Positions 50,884 through 63,100 of a stretch of 64,000 nt of DNA are shown here, in pieces. The notes below the pieces were generated by a model. The model worked only from the letters and a program-made list of their open reading frames with translations. It was not told the DNA's origin and did no database searches. Each line of letters opens with the position of its first letter. Within the stretch, counting starts at the first letter, position 1. The position numbers were made by a program, and so were the translations under genes. Location: positions 69,316,001 to 69,380,000 of the forward strand of contig OZ296654.1 of assembly GCA_965655095.1 (NCBI GenBank). Reading direction: 5' to 3'. The stretch is from Haplodiscus bocki. Lineage: Eukaryota.

Positions 50884-53299
50884 TTCTTGAGAAAAAACGT
50901 GGGGTGGAGTCAAAGCTTCGCACTTGGCTCCTCGATAATGAATACCTTTCTGTATGAAAAATGGTTAGAACAGTGATAATATCATTTTTCTTATCATCGC
51001 CAACCAGATTATGAATCTTAAGGGACATAGAACCAGTCAAGAATGTCATTTGCAGATGAATTCGATTAGTTCCCGGCAAATTGTTGCAAAGATGGTAATC
51101 CACAACCGAGATATTTGTTCTAATAGTCCCAGGGTTATTCATATTAAACAATGTTCTCGAAGAAGTGGGTCAAAACTTTAGATGATGGGTAGCTGAAAAA
51201 AATTTAAAAGCAGATGGTGTAAACTACTCAACAGTGATAGAAACTTAAGGCTTTAATATTGTTGAGTAATTTACAGCACTTGCTTTTAAATGGAGAAAAT
51301 AACAATAATTTCGGCCCATATTTATAATACAGATGGAAAATCACCCACTCAAAACGCTTTTCGCACGCTTACTGGGAAATTGATAATGTACTCTGAATGT
51401 CAGTGTCCGAAAATGACGAAAATGACGGATCTGACCGTAAAATTTTTCCATCATCAAATTGTAACAAATTTGCCGTAAAATGCCACTGAAATAGTAAGAA
51501 TTCGCAAATACATATGCAATGATGGAAAGAAGTATCCCTAGCTTTTTGACGAGTTGTCATTTCCTGAAGGTGAGCTGAATTTGGGTAAAATCTTTTCGTT
51601 AAAATTAAGCACAACAAGCCATAAAAACCAAATGCGCTCTCAAATATCAGCCTGATATGTATTTTTAACAGGTTTTCATAGCAAAGTGTAATTTTTTCGA
51701 AACTACATTTTTAAAACAAACTGACAAGCAGGATTTGTGAAAAACAATTTTCACAGATCTTTGTAGGTTTACGTACAAATGAAGATATTAAACATCGATG
51801 AACTTGTGAATAGGTTTTCACAAAAACAAAAATTGAATCTTTTGAAGCATATAAAGCATATGAAACTTTTTTTCGGCCAAAACTCGATACTTGCAGAGTC
51901 AATAAAAAGTCAATTATGGCATGCATTCGAATCACAGAAAAGGCTAAATCAAACCAGTACATTTTGGTTTTGTCTGGTCAATTTAGGCCAAAAAAGGCTG
52001 GCAAAAATTGTGCGTCATTTTTCGCACTTTTCTAGCAGTCTTTCACCAACGATTGCATTTTTGTCTGACGATGTACTTGAGCACCAATTCAGATGTGCTA
52101 AAATGGTGAGGTGCCGTGATTATCAGAAACATGGATGGCCACTTCTTCGCCCTCCATGAGTTTATCCAATAACTCTCTATCAACACATTTCTGTGTGGTG
52201 CAGTATCACACAAAATCATGCTGCCTTTACGAGACCCAGCGCGTCCGTAAACTCTACTTGGAAAAATTTGTACGGCACCCCAAAGAGTGTTTTTACTGAC
52301 CGTTGTCGGACTTTTTTCCGACTGACTGTTCGATTGACTTGTCTGCTTTGTAAAGCAGCTAGTTGTAAAACGTCTTACAACCAAAAAATCCACATTTCTT
52401 GATTAAACAATTAGTGATTTGATAGATGCTATTCAGAGGCAAGAAACTTAGTTTTTCGCATTCAAAATCTTAAGAAGATCATTAGTAGATATTTTCCGGA
52501 ACGCCACGCTATGCAAAGAAAAAAGATGACAGCGTCTAGCAATGGACATTTGTTACCATTCATCTTGTCACTGACAACAAACATTTCTGCTGCGGTCTGT
52601 CCTGCTTTTTTGAGTACCCATTGTCTGCTCCAGGTTAGTACTTCGTCGTTTTTAAACTACTCAAAAATCACTTATGCACAATTATCTGTTCTCTTAACCA
52701 AAAATTCCAACTGGTACTTCCGCCCGATTTTGGTGTTTCTCAATAACCCCAAGCCACTTGCTTTTCATAACAGAAAGCATTTTACCAGTCACCGTTTCAA
52801 TTTTATTTGACCAGAAATGCTCGTTACGGTACCGGGATTGTTAATTAAGAACACCAAAATAATTTCGATTCGAAACAATGTCAGTGGACTCCACTGAAGT
52901 TTTTGAATTTGCAAACTTCAATGTTGGTTTTGACTGTTTTCTGTGCATATTTTGTATTTTTGTACCATTTTTTGAGATTTTTGTATTTTTGTAGATATTT
53001 TGTGCCATTTAAAGGGAGAATAATGCGCACGAAATGAAAAAAAAATTGTTGAAATTATCAAATTGTTCATCAAAACGCCTAGAGCTTTTTTATTGTTTCA
53101 CAACTGAAGCTCATTTCAGATGTGAAAATGGCTGGATAAGTCACCACCATATTTCGGGCACCAATGATAGAATTGAAGCTTAGAAAAAGAATGATGCAGT
53201 TTTTAGTCAGAAAAACAATTTGTATTAAAAATATGACATAAGACTTCTGTAATATTGCGGTGATGGCGCAGGATTCTAAATTTTTTGTTCCCTATTCTG

Positions 53300-54300
53300 G
53301 AAGAGGAGGCCATATTCAGCTCCACCGGTGTGCTTTGGAAAAACTTAAGCCGACACCGCAGTTGAACTTGAAATGTAGTACTTTACAAATCCAATAAGGT
53401 TAGAATGGAATGGAAATTCACTGTGTAGTTCGTTTTAAAAGGCAAAAGGGGTTCTTATCCACCTTACTGATACTATCACATCCAAAATGTTTGTTGGAGC
53501 CTTTTTGGGGCTCGATTGCTATATCATAGATTCCAACAAAAGTTGCAAAAGTTGAAGGAAATGAAGTTTTAGAGTTTGCAGTCTTAGACGGCAACATCGT
53601 CTTGGAAGACTTTTGGAAGCTTTTTTGTCTTGCCGAGACATGTAAACTTGTTTAGCTTGAGGCATCAAACGGAATTTCTCGGACTTTCTGCTAAACTATT
53701 TTGCCTAGATCTTGGCTAGAAACCCAAACTGCTTAAGGTTTTTGAAGCGCCATAAACAAACGTGCCAAAAAGGGGTAAAGAAGCAAGAAATCGATTTTCG
53801 GTCTATTTTATTATTGGGTTTTGATGCCTGAATGAATTTTGTTGGTTCAAGGTTGATTGGAACGCCGCCATAAAAAGAAGTTGGGAGGCCGTTATCTCGA
53901 GAAGTCTGGCGTTAACTACCTTAAAAATTAAGATATCAGAAGTTGAAAGGGAATACTGGTAATGCTCAATGTTAGACCCCATATTTTCTGAGCCAGGCAA
54001 TACCTGAATGGAAAAGTTGCGTAACTCAGGAAAAAAAATAGGAATTTTTTTCTCAAGTCGCTTTGGCCCTTGAAGGCCTTCTGTCTATCTCCAAAGTAAC
54101 ATCAAAGCGATATTTTAACAATTTTTTTTCGGAAGCGAAGTCGGCAACGCTGCAAGTTCTAGCAGCAATTAGAAAGTCGAACAAGCTCGCCCTGGAGAGC
54201 AAGAATTCAAAAAAGGCTTCCAAAATTGCACGTGGAACTTTGTAGAGGATTTCTGGTACAAAAGCGGAGAGACCCAATTACTGGAAAGAGGTGTGACTGG
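53300..54300 (-). pseudogene. Possible very old non-LTR (LINE) reverse transcriptase remnant
   Basis: Weak motif echoes in the expected order: HYQYSLSTSDILIFKVVNARL (like NYRPISL...RL), RQNSLAESP (like QG..LSP), FQDDVAV (like YADD). Confidence 0.25.
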
Positions 54301-54928
54301 TTTTTAAATAGTGGGTTGGTTTGTCTAAGTATGATATATAGTTGGATCAGCCCCGCATAAACAGCTCTGATTCAAGAATTGGTTGAGCCCAGTTTAATCC
54401 TCTCCTAGTGATTTTGGTGCCTATGGCCCATGCTTTTATGACCCGCATGTCCTGTAAAAGGATTGGTGTTCATGTCAGCTCCTGAGGAACGCTTCCGCCA
54501 GGACGTCCTTTTTCAAAAACTTCCCCGAAAGTGGAAGAGGACCTTTCCATCAATTTACTCCAAAGTAATGCCTGATTATGTCAATCAGCGGAGAGAGGAG
54601 GAGTGGTACCGGGTGAATTAATCCGGCTGAGTAATCGTATGTATCAACAAATCAAAAATTGGCATTAATCGGCAAAAATCCAAAAAATAAATCAAACTAC
54701 AATTCTTCAAAATATTTCCTAAACATTTCATAGAGCATTTTCCAATGATACATTTTGTTTTCTTTTTAAAAAATTTATAACTTTAGGTAAGTAGAAAGAA
54801 TACATAGCAATTCGCATAATGTTTCGTATATATTGTCATTTCAACTTACTTCAAAGTTTTGAGATGCCATGAATTGTGTGGGAAGTCACTTCATTTGCTT
54901 TAGAAAATAACTCAAAATCCAGTGAAAC

Positions 54929-55316
54929 TGTGAGGATTTGTTTCTGCCCCTGAGATGGGGGAAGCAAACTCCACTTCAGGCCCAGGATCGTCTGAGGGAC
55001 GATCCTCATTGGTTCCCTGGCTTTCTAAATTGTTGCTCCTAGAGGTTCCGGGGGCAACTACGGAACAAGTCCGAACTTGTGGGTTCAAGAGAAACTCGTC
55101 AAGTTTCGACAAGGCTCCCAAAATACGTGATTCCGTCCTGCTAAATTCCTTTGAGAGCTTTTTAGTAACTCTCCCTTCAATCTCCTCGGAGACCTGAGAG
55201 ATATACTCCTGAGTAAGTTCTGGATCTAGAACGCTTGGTGCTTTCCCACTTCTGGTACTTTCAGGTGTTTCCCTTGAAACTGCTGCTAACTTTCTTTTAT
55301 TTCTCAATGTTGCCAT
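54929..55316 (-). CDS. LTR-encoded N-terminus (~129 codons) of the element's first ORF (putative Gag leader)
   Basis: MATLRNKRKLAAVSRETPE... stays open to the LTR end (…NPH) and is conserved with 57378-57783. Confidence 0.65.
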
Positions 55317-56717
55317 TTTGCTTGGGGAAAACCTTTTCAGCTGTGAAGACTGAATTTTTCTACTTTATTTTCTTTATTCAAATGATGCTCCTCTTTTAAT
55401 ACGAGGGAAAGAGTCTTCAAGATTTAAACAGTCACAAACGTCAATAAATGAACAGTACTTGCAGGTAGCAATTTAAATATTAAATAATTGTACTTTCATT
55501 TCTCCTATTTATACCTTTCCTTGGCGGGAAACATAATTGTTTACACGCCAGATCAAGGTACAAATAGGGAAAAGTACTTTAATCATATTATATATCAAAG
55601 AAAAGATGCCGACTCTGGCGGGAAATAAACACCCTTCCATCCATTTCTTCCCTCACGGACCGCGTCCTTTCCATCTTTCGACAGAAAAGAGTACGGTCCG
55701 ATCCGTCGGAAATGGACATCAAAGTGGTTATTCCCGCGCCGACACATAAATATTGACAAAAAGTAAAGATCAAAGCAATTTCCATAATTGGAGAATACTT
55801 AAAAATGCACTTGAAAATAAATGGAAATGTATGAAATAAATGTGTACTATTAATGAAAATTTTCATGGTTACATGTTGCATCGGTTAAATTCATTTTCTG
55901 GGACAAACTAGGCGTAAATCCTAGCCCGTTCCATGTTTCTACTAGGCTACGGCTCACCCCGGCCGTGGTGACACGTGGCGGCTACGTGCCGCTTGTAGCA
56001 CTGCCTTCCGCAGTACTACTAAGGAGAAATGAATCCGGTGGCACGTAGACGACACGTGGCCGACCAAAGTTGCGCAGCCTAATAGCACATCTGATTGGTT
56101 AAGAATTCTAGTGACGTCACCAGATTAGTTACGACGGAACACATACGGAACAAATATTCACTTTTAAAGTCAAGCTCTGTTCTTAATAGTCAAGCTATTG
56201 AAACTCGACAAGCTGTCAATTTAGATAGAATACATACTGCACTAATCTGTTAAAGAGGTGGATTTATATAATAATTAGTTTGATTAATTATATAAAATAG
56301 CACCTAATATAAATATAAAATACAATGAATATTCGTTTGTTCCGTATCTATTCCGTCCCAATAAGGATCAGTTCACCAGAATTCCACGTACCGGGCACGT
56401 GCCTTTTATAATATGGGGCGGCACGTAGTTACTACGTGCCTTTCCAAGAACAGAATAGTGTGGGGTGGCACGTGGCTGCCACGTGCCATCCACGTAAACT
56501 ATTCATATTTTTGTGCATTAGAGGGGGTACGTATATATACGTGCCCATATGTGTGCACACAATTAAAGTACATCAATTATTAAATAAAATGGTTAGTTTT
56601 AAAAGTTCTAGGAGTCAGTTTGATTCTGGCACAGTTCTTAATTTCTAGTTGATGGGCCTGGGGTGTCCTTTGCTGCTGGGATTATCTGCCCGCAGGCTTC
56701 GCAGGTGTGCTGCGACA
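54929..56717 (-). mobile_element. Solo LTR (1789 bp) with 5-bp TSD GAAAC
   Basis: TG...CA termini (TGTGAGG...CTGCGACA on +); GAAAC at 54924-54928 and 56718-56722; colinear with 57378-59146. Confidence 0.93.
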
Positions 56718-57377
56718 GAAACAGCTGAGAACACCAGCAGAAATAAATAAATCAAGGCATTTGGCCAATACAGAGATTAAAACTGAATTGATTGAAATAA
56801 ATGAAGTTTTCAATTCTCCGACTCTTTTTGCGAGTAGCCGGGTTTTAAGTCATGAACAAACAGCTTGAAAAACATCAATCTGAAGTGATCACGTTAATTA
56901 TCGCTTCCACAACTTATTCTGGTAAAATAGATTGTCTGGTTAATTTTCAGGATCTCAGTTTTGTTCACAAAGGAAGCTCGTCACTTCATTTTTTCGTAAC
57001 CCTGCCAGTTGCACGATTTTGTCAAGTTATGTGCAATTAATGAAAGCATATTGTTTCCAGACTACATGTATTGATGTAGTAAAACTTTTGAGCTACATTT
57101 CGACTGATGATTTGAGATTGCACATTTTTAAGAATTTCGAAGTTCTATTGGAGACGGTATCCCAACATTCCTGACAAGAAAAAGAGCAACGGTGAAAAAT
57201 TAGCTGCCAGAGAACTTCAAGGCCGCCTCACCAGAAAAAGAGTTGGAAAGAACCGATCGAGGCCACCCGCCCGAAACCCGGCACGGAACAAAAGACCGCA
57301 AACTGACTGAAACTTTTTAGATAGTATTCTTATTTTCTTTATCGGCGAGCTAAAAGAATGTCTCTTAGAACACTTGT

Positions 57378-57783
57378 TGTGAGGGTCGTTTTCTGCCTCT
57401 GGGCTGTTAAGATGAGCAGAGTGGTGAGAAAAGTACCCCACTTCGGGGTAGGGATCGTCTGAGGAACGATCCCCAGTGGTCTCCTGGTTTCCTGAATTAT
57501 TGTTCCTGGATGTTCCCGGAACAGCTACGGAACAAGTCCGAACTTGTGGGTTCAGAAGAAACTCATCAAGCTTTAACAAGACACCCAAGATACGTGACTC
57601 TGTTTTGCTAAATTCTTTTGAGAGTTTTTTAGTTACTCTTCCTTCAAACTCCTCAGAGACCTGGGAGATGTAATCATGAGTTAGTTCAGGGTCAAGTACG
57701 TTCTGTGCTCTACTGCTTCTACTGCCTTCAGGTGTTTCTTTCGAAACTGCTGCTAATTTCCTCTTATTTCTTAATGTCGCCAT
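57378..57783 (-). CDS. LTR-encoded N-terminus (~135 codons) of first ORF, copy 2
   Basis: MATLRNKRKLAAVSKETPE...ENDPH; similarity to copy 1 stops exactly at the LTR boundary. Confidence 0.65.
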
Positions 57784-59146
57784 ACTGCTGAGGGAAAATT
57801 CTTGTCAGTGGTGAAGACTGAATATAATTTTATTTTTGATTATCAGTAATGATCTCCTCTTAGTATGAGGGAAATTCTCAATGAATACAAACAGTCAAAT
57901 GACTTGAAAAGAATGGTACAATACCGAAAGGCTACAATATATATATAATATTTACTGTACTTTTATTTCTCCTATTTATACCTTTCCTTCGCGGGAAACA
58001 TAATTGTTTACACGCCGAATCAAGGTACAAATAGGGAAAAGTACTTTAATCATATTGTTTATCAAAGGAAAAGATGCCGACTCTGGTGGGAAATAAACAC
58101 CCTTCCGTCCATTTCTTCCCTCACGGACCGCGTCTTTTCCATCTTTCGACGGAAAAGGTGCGGGTCCGATCCGTCGGAAAAGGACGTCAAAGTGGTTGTT
58201 CCCGCGCCGACACAATAAATAAAAAAACATAAACAAAAGATCAAAGAGATTTCCATACAGGGAAAAAATCCTAGAATAAAATAGAAAAATAATTTAAAGT
58301 ATGGAAAAAAGAAGTTTATAATACTAAAAACGTTCATGTTTACATGTTACATTAATTAAAAACACTGTTGGGAATAAACTAGGCTTATTTCCTAGCCCAT
58401 TCCACGTTTCTACCAGCTCTGGCCTCACTTTGGCCGGAGCGTTCCGTGGCGACTACGTAGCCGCTTGTAGCACTGCCTCCCGCAGTGTTTCTGAGGAGAA
58501 TGAGTCTGGTGGCCACGCAGACATTCCATGTCCGTCCAAAGTGAAACAGCGTAGTAGCATAGCGGCCTGGCTGAAATTCTAGTGACGTCACCAGATTAGT
58601 TACGACGGAACACATACGGAACAAACATTCACCTTTAAAGTCAAGCTCTGTTCTAATAGTTAAGCTATTGAAAACTTGTTAAAACTGTCAGTCTAAAAAA
58701 ATTACTGCACAGATTAAAAGGTGGATTTATATAATAAATATTTAGATTAATTATATAAAATAGCACCTGATATTAATATAAAAATACAGTGAATATTCGT
58801 TTGCTACGTATCTATTCCGTCCCAATAAGGATCAGTTCACCAGAATTACACGTATCGGATACGTGTTTCTACAAGAAATAAAAATTATGGGACGATACGT
58901 AACTACTACGTATCGTCTACATTAAATACCTGTGAATACTAGGTGGATACGTATCTACTACGTATCCCAAATACAAATTAATGAGTACATGATGCGTTGG
59001 GTTTTTAAATGGACAAAATTATAAGTTTAATAGTTCGTAAGTGAGCTTGAAATGTCTTTAAAGTTTCTAATTCTTGTTTGATGGACCTGGGATGTCCTTT
59101 GTTGAGGGGATGGTCCGACCGCAGGCTTCGCAGACGCGCTGCGACA
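57378..59146 (-). mobile_element. 3' LTR (1769 bp) of a second element of the same family; internal region extends rightwards
   Basis: Same termini as the solo LTR, and immediately preceded on the minus strand by a polypurine tract. Confidence 0.92.
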
Positions 59147-59792
59147 CTCCCCCTTTCTTTGCAAAGGACATTGCCAGGCTCAATTTCCTCTTGAGCTTTC
59201 GTGGCGGCGGCGGCGGTGTGGTAGGAGTTGATGGCAAAAAAATATATTTTCCGGGGTTCATCATCGGAGTTAAAGGTATTATCTGACGAGATATCCCAGT
59301 AGCTCGTCGAGGTTCGTCACTGGTATAAAATGTGTTGTCGTCAGTTGTTGTGTGCGACGTCTCCCAACTGTCAACGGTGCTGACGTTCATTGGGGGCGTC
59401 GATATCGACGACAGTTCGTAAGGCCCCGGTGACTGCGGGCTGTAATCGTCGTTATCATCCTGTGTATGAGTTATCACCACCATGGTTGCCAAGATGTTGA
59501 ATGGATTGGGCGGCAGGTTCAGGTCATTTAAGCTCGGTGGAGCAATCGGAAGCTGCCGTCCAAATCCTTATGGCATCGTGGGCTCATTTGAGTCGTCATT
59601 AATAGTAAGTATCTCGGGTTCGGGGGATGCAATTGAAGACACTGAAGGCATCCATGCCGTGTGGGTTTGGGATATCTCAGTTGAGTTGAGGATATTCGGA
59701 TAATTATTCCGTCGAGGACTAGGCTCGTTGGATATTTGCTCCACATAGAAGACATCGGAATCACTCGAAGCAAGGGAGATATTGGATGACAT
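59067..59792 (-). pseudogene. Ser/Thr/Pro-rich accessory ORF (~241 aa, one premature stop) reading through the PPT into the 3' LTR
   Basis: ORFs 59568-59792 and 59067-59492 share a frame. It ends PPPPPRKLKRK...KKGGVSQRVCEACG...GPSNKN*. The solo LTR retains the homologous tail SQHTCEACGQIIPAAKDTPGPSTRN*. Confidence 0.7.
59147..59160 (-). promoter_or_regulatory. Polypurine tract AAAGAAAGGGGGAG
   Basis: Abuts the TGTCGCAG start of the 3' LTR. Confidence 0.9.
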
Positions 59793-60182
59793 GTTGATTT
59801 TAGAAGAATGATTTAAATTAATTCATGATGATGCAACTGGTTTCAAAAAATGAAAATGGAAAAGTGATCAGTATTGCGGGTAATGCTACTTCACTGTTAT
59901 TAAGCGGAAGTTGCTTTGATGTTCCCTCGCCGCTGCTCAGCATCACTGAAGGTAGGAAGTGAGAAGTGCAGTTCAAGTTAATGAGATGTAAAGAAGTCTC
60001 AAAATTGGAGTCTCTAATTTTGAGGAACTTTTGAGTATCGTTCCTCAATGTGTCCTTGGAAATGCATGCTGCCGTCATTGCTGGCAGACAAATTAATCAG
60101 GTTTTAAATGAAATAATCAAGAATTTTATGAATTAACGTGTAAATCCACCATGTAATAGCTCATTAGCCACGTCATTCATTA

Positions 60183-63100
60183 TTGGTAATAGTGAAATCA
60201 ACCGAAGAAGAACGAGAAGTGAGGAGGACATCACCGTTTGTGGATGAGGTTGCTGAAGAAGGAGCATCGGAGGTTGATGAAGGAGTAGTAGCGAAGAGTG
60301 TGTCCCTTGATCCCCCATTTGTCCCCAGTTTCGGTGTAGCAGAAAGAGAAGGAATGGAGTGCGTTCGGAGAGCTTTAGAGCAATTAAGCAGCGAAGTCAT
60401 TTGTGGTATGGAGCCCGTGCTTGACGCGGACGATGACGGCGAGGATTCATTTGTGGACGTGGTTGACGGCAAACGAAGAGATGGGGGCGCAGAATCTGAA
60501 GGTTTCACTTTCGCTGATGCTCTCATGCGTGCGAATCAGCTTTCAGAAACTGTTTCGGAGGGTGGTGTCGGTTCATCCGAATTGCCATTGTGTTAGTCAT
60601 CATTTTTCATATTCCATTAGCTTTTAATTTGAGGAGTAATATGGTGGCCATCCATGTTCTCCATCAACTAGAACTCAACGCGCGCCTCTTCATGAAGATG
60701 GCATCATGGGGCTATTGTGTTTCAGTATATGATTCTGCCGGGGAGCCTGCTGCTCGTCCTGAAGATGGTTTTGCGGATGTTCCGGGTTATTGCGGAAGTG
60801 AATTTGAGGTGGGACATGCAACAACTTGTGATGACGTGCCCAGTCTTGAAAAAAGATATCCCATGGATTGTGCATCAAGTTTGTAACAATATTTCATATT
60901 GTTTTGGCTATGTTCGGGACAGTTGGATATTCTTGGTATTTCATAGGCATCAATGAGGTTGCTATGATTTTGCCTGATTGTGATGACATCCCAACGGAAG
61001 CTGAGACACGAAGCCAGGTTCGACCACGTTGTGCTGTTGTGACGCGACGCTTGGTCCTTTGGATGGTATTGCTCCAGTGCCTTTTGCCAGTAGCAGCCAC
61101 GAACGCAGTGGAGAGCTGTTGGAAGGGGCCTTCGACAATGGTATGTATCAGTTCAGATGGGAATATTTTTGTGGTGTTCCAAGATTGCTTCTCATTTCTT
61201 GTCTTTGTTGTTGCAGATCATTTCACTAACGATCCTGTAGCGACTCCAATCAATGAAGGCAACAGGGCATGAACTGGTGACTTTGTGCAGGTCCTTCTGC
61301 GCCGAGGATAGGGCACAAATTTTGGAGCCGTTAATGAGCAGTAAGTATTGTTGCCGCATAATCCACGTATGTTCCTTGGCATGTGTTCATCATTTGCTTG
61401 GTTGATCACAGAATTAGATGACGTTTTGGGCCGTGTGGAACGCATGAAACAAAGTTCGCCGCGTACTGTACCTCACACATTTGAGACAAGTGACACTAGT
61501 GGCGATGAGACGGACGTGAGTGAGCCCCGGAGAAGGGTCCGTTCAAAGCGGACGTTCAAAATGAAGAAGGTGTGGTGGGGACTGATGAGCTGAGTCGCTT
61601 CATTTTGACTGGGCCAACGGACGCATCCGGGAAACACAGTCATTTTCACAGCGGTATTTGCAGGAAAGACGCGTCTGTCATGACCCACGGAGTACACGAG
61701 ATCTTGCGCCACTACCAAGGGACAAAGCTTTTTCCACGGGATCAGTGTCTTCGTTTAGAGACTCCGGGTTGGCGAGGGCTTGATTTCGAAGGCAACGTCA
61801 TGAGAGAAGTTGAGCGCCAGCGGGAGTGAATCTTGAGGGCTCCACAGGTAGTGAGGGATAGAGAATATCCTTTGGCAGAAGATTTGATTGTGGACAGTTC
61901 TGGCTCAGTGGACGCGAGTCTCCAGTGCTTGCAAAAGTTTCTGCTTTGGTGGAGTCATTGCGTTTGGGCGGGAACTACGAACTAGTCCATCAGCTGTGGT
62001 CCCAGTTCATTCTGATTGCTGGGCAAGTGAACGTAGACGTTACGTGGTCCCGGATTAGGTGTTGGTTAGTGGTTTCCTTTTGCCATATTGTACGTGGTCA
62101 TCCCGGTTGTACATTGTTGTTATGCTTTTAGTCAGTCATCCTGAATGGCTTGAACCCCCGCATTCTGAGCAAGGTTTTCACTTGGACAAAAGCGCATGGC
62201 TATTGCGTATTAGAGTTTGCGGGGCAGGGCGAGCACATCTGGGTGTTCATTCGATGCTGGGACAACAATCAGTTTCGTCGGGTGTGTGTGGCAATTCTTG
62301 ATCGGTTTAGACGTGTATGAGGAGGTGGTTGTGCTGGGACACATCATTGACGCACTTGGTCCAGATGTTCGTGTGGTGTCAGTGCAGGGCGGTCCACATG
62401 CACTTGTGAAAGCTTCCGTAAACTTCTTGGGCAGTGGATATCAGCAAAAATTGATCGAATATCCATTGTTTGACTTGCGCTTTTTCAAACGTTGCTTACA
62501 ACGGACTGCGTCAAGTGTTTTCAGAACTCTGGACTCATACTCCATGACAGAGTTCATCGTGAACAGGCTGAAAGGAGCGGAGAGTGGTGACTGGATGGCT
62601 TCGCGACCAGCACTGAAGAAGGCTATCATCATCAGCAGCCTTACAATGCCCGAGTTTGTTGACGTCGAGGCCAATATTGTGGGAGTGTGGACGTTGATTG
62701 TGTCGTAATTGAAGGAGACAGGGCGAAAATAGTCTTGTGTTATGATCTCCTCTTTCAATTGTATTGGCGCTGTTTCGTACGCATGTACTATGAATTTTTG
62801 ATGTTTAGAAGAAGGGTATGAATGGGTACTTTTATCTTGACCAACTTGCTCGTTTGAAGTTTCGTGTCTTCCACATGGTGCTTGAAATATGTAAGTACTT
62901 AAGCAGTTTTCACTATCAAGTTCCTTGTCACGTTGTGTTCCGGATGATCTCCTCAAGTTTCTAGGAACGCTTCCGTGTGGATCCCTGTTGGTTCCACGTT
63001 TTCCTTTCATTGAATTTGGATCATTTGGGCACATTGGCTGTAGGTTTCGCGTCATTGCCATGTCTGTGACGTATGTTCTGTTTCAGTTGCCACCAATTTT

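Noticed and set aside
52040-52400. YKFFQVEFTDALGLV resembling primase large subunit
   Set aside because: A single short match surrounded by stops; insufficient.
54929-59146. The two LTRs as ends of a single small (TRIM-like) element
   Set aside because: The first has its own TSD on both sides, the PPT lies outside the pair, and there is no PBS between them.
59067-59792. env gene at the usual 3' position
   Set aside because: No signal peptide or transmembrane segment; composition is disordered and nuclear-like.
62441-63061. 206-aa minus-strand ORF, the longest in the region
   Set aside because: No motifs; it is the antisense shadow of the spliced plus-strand gene.
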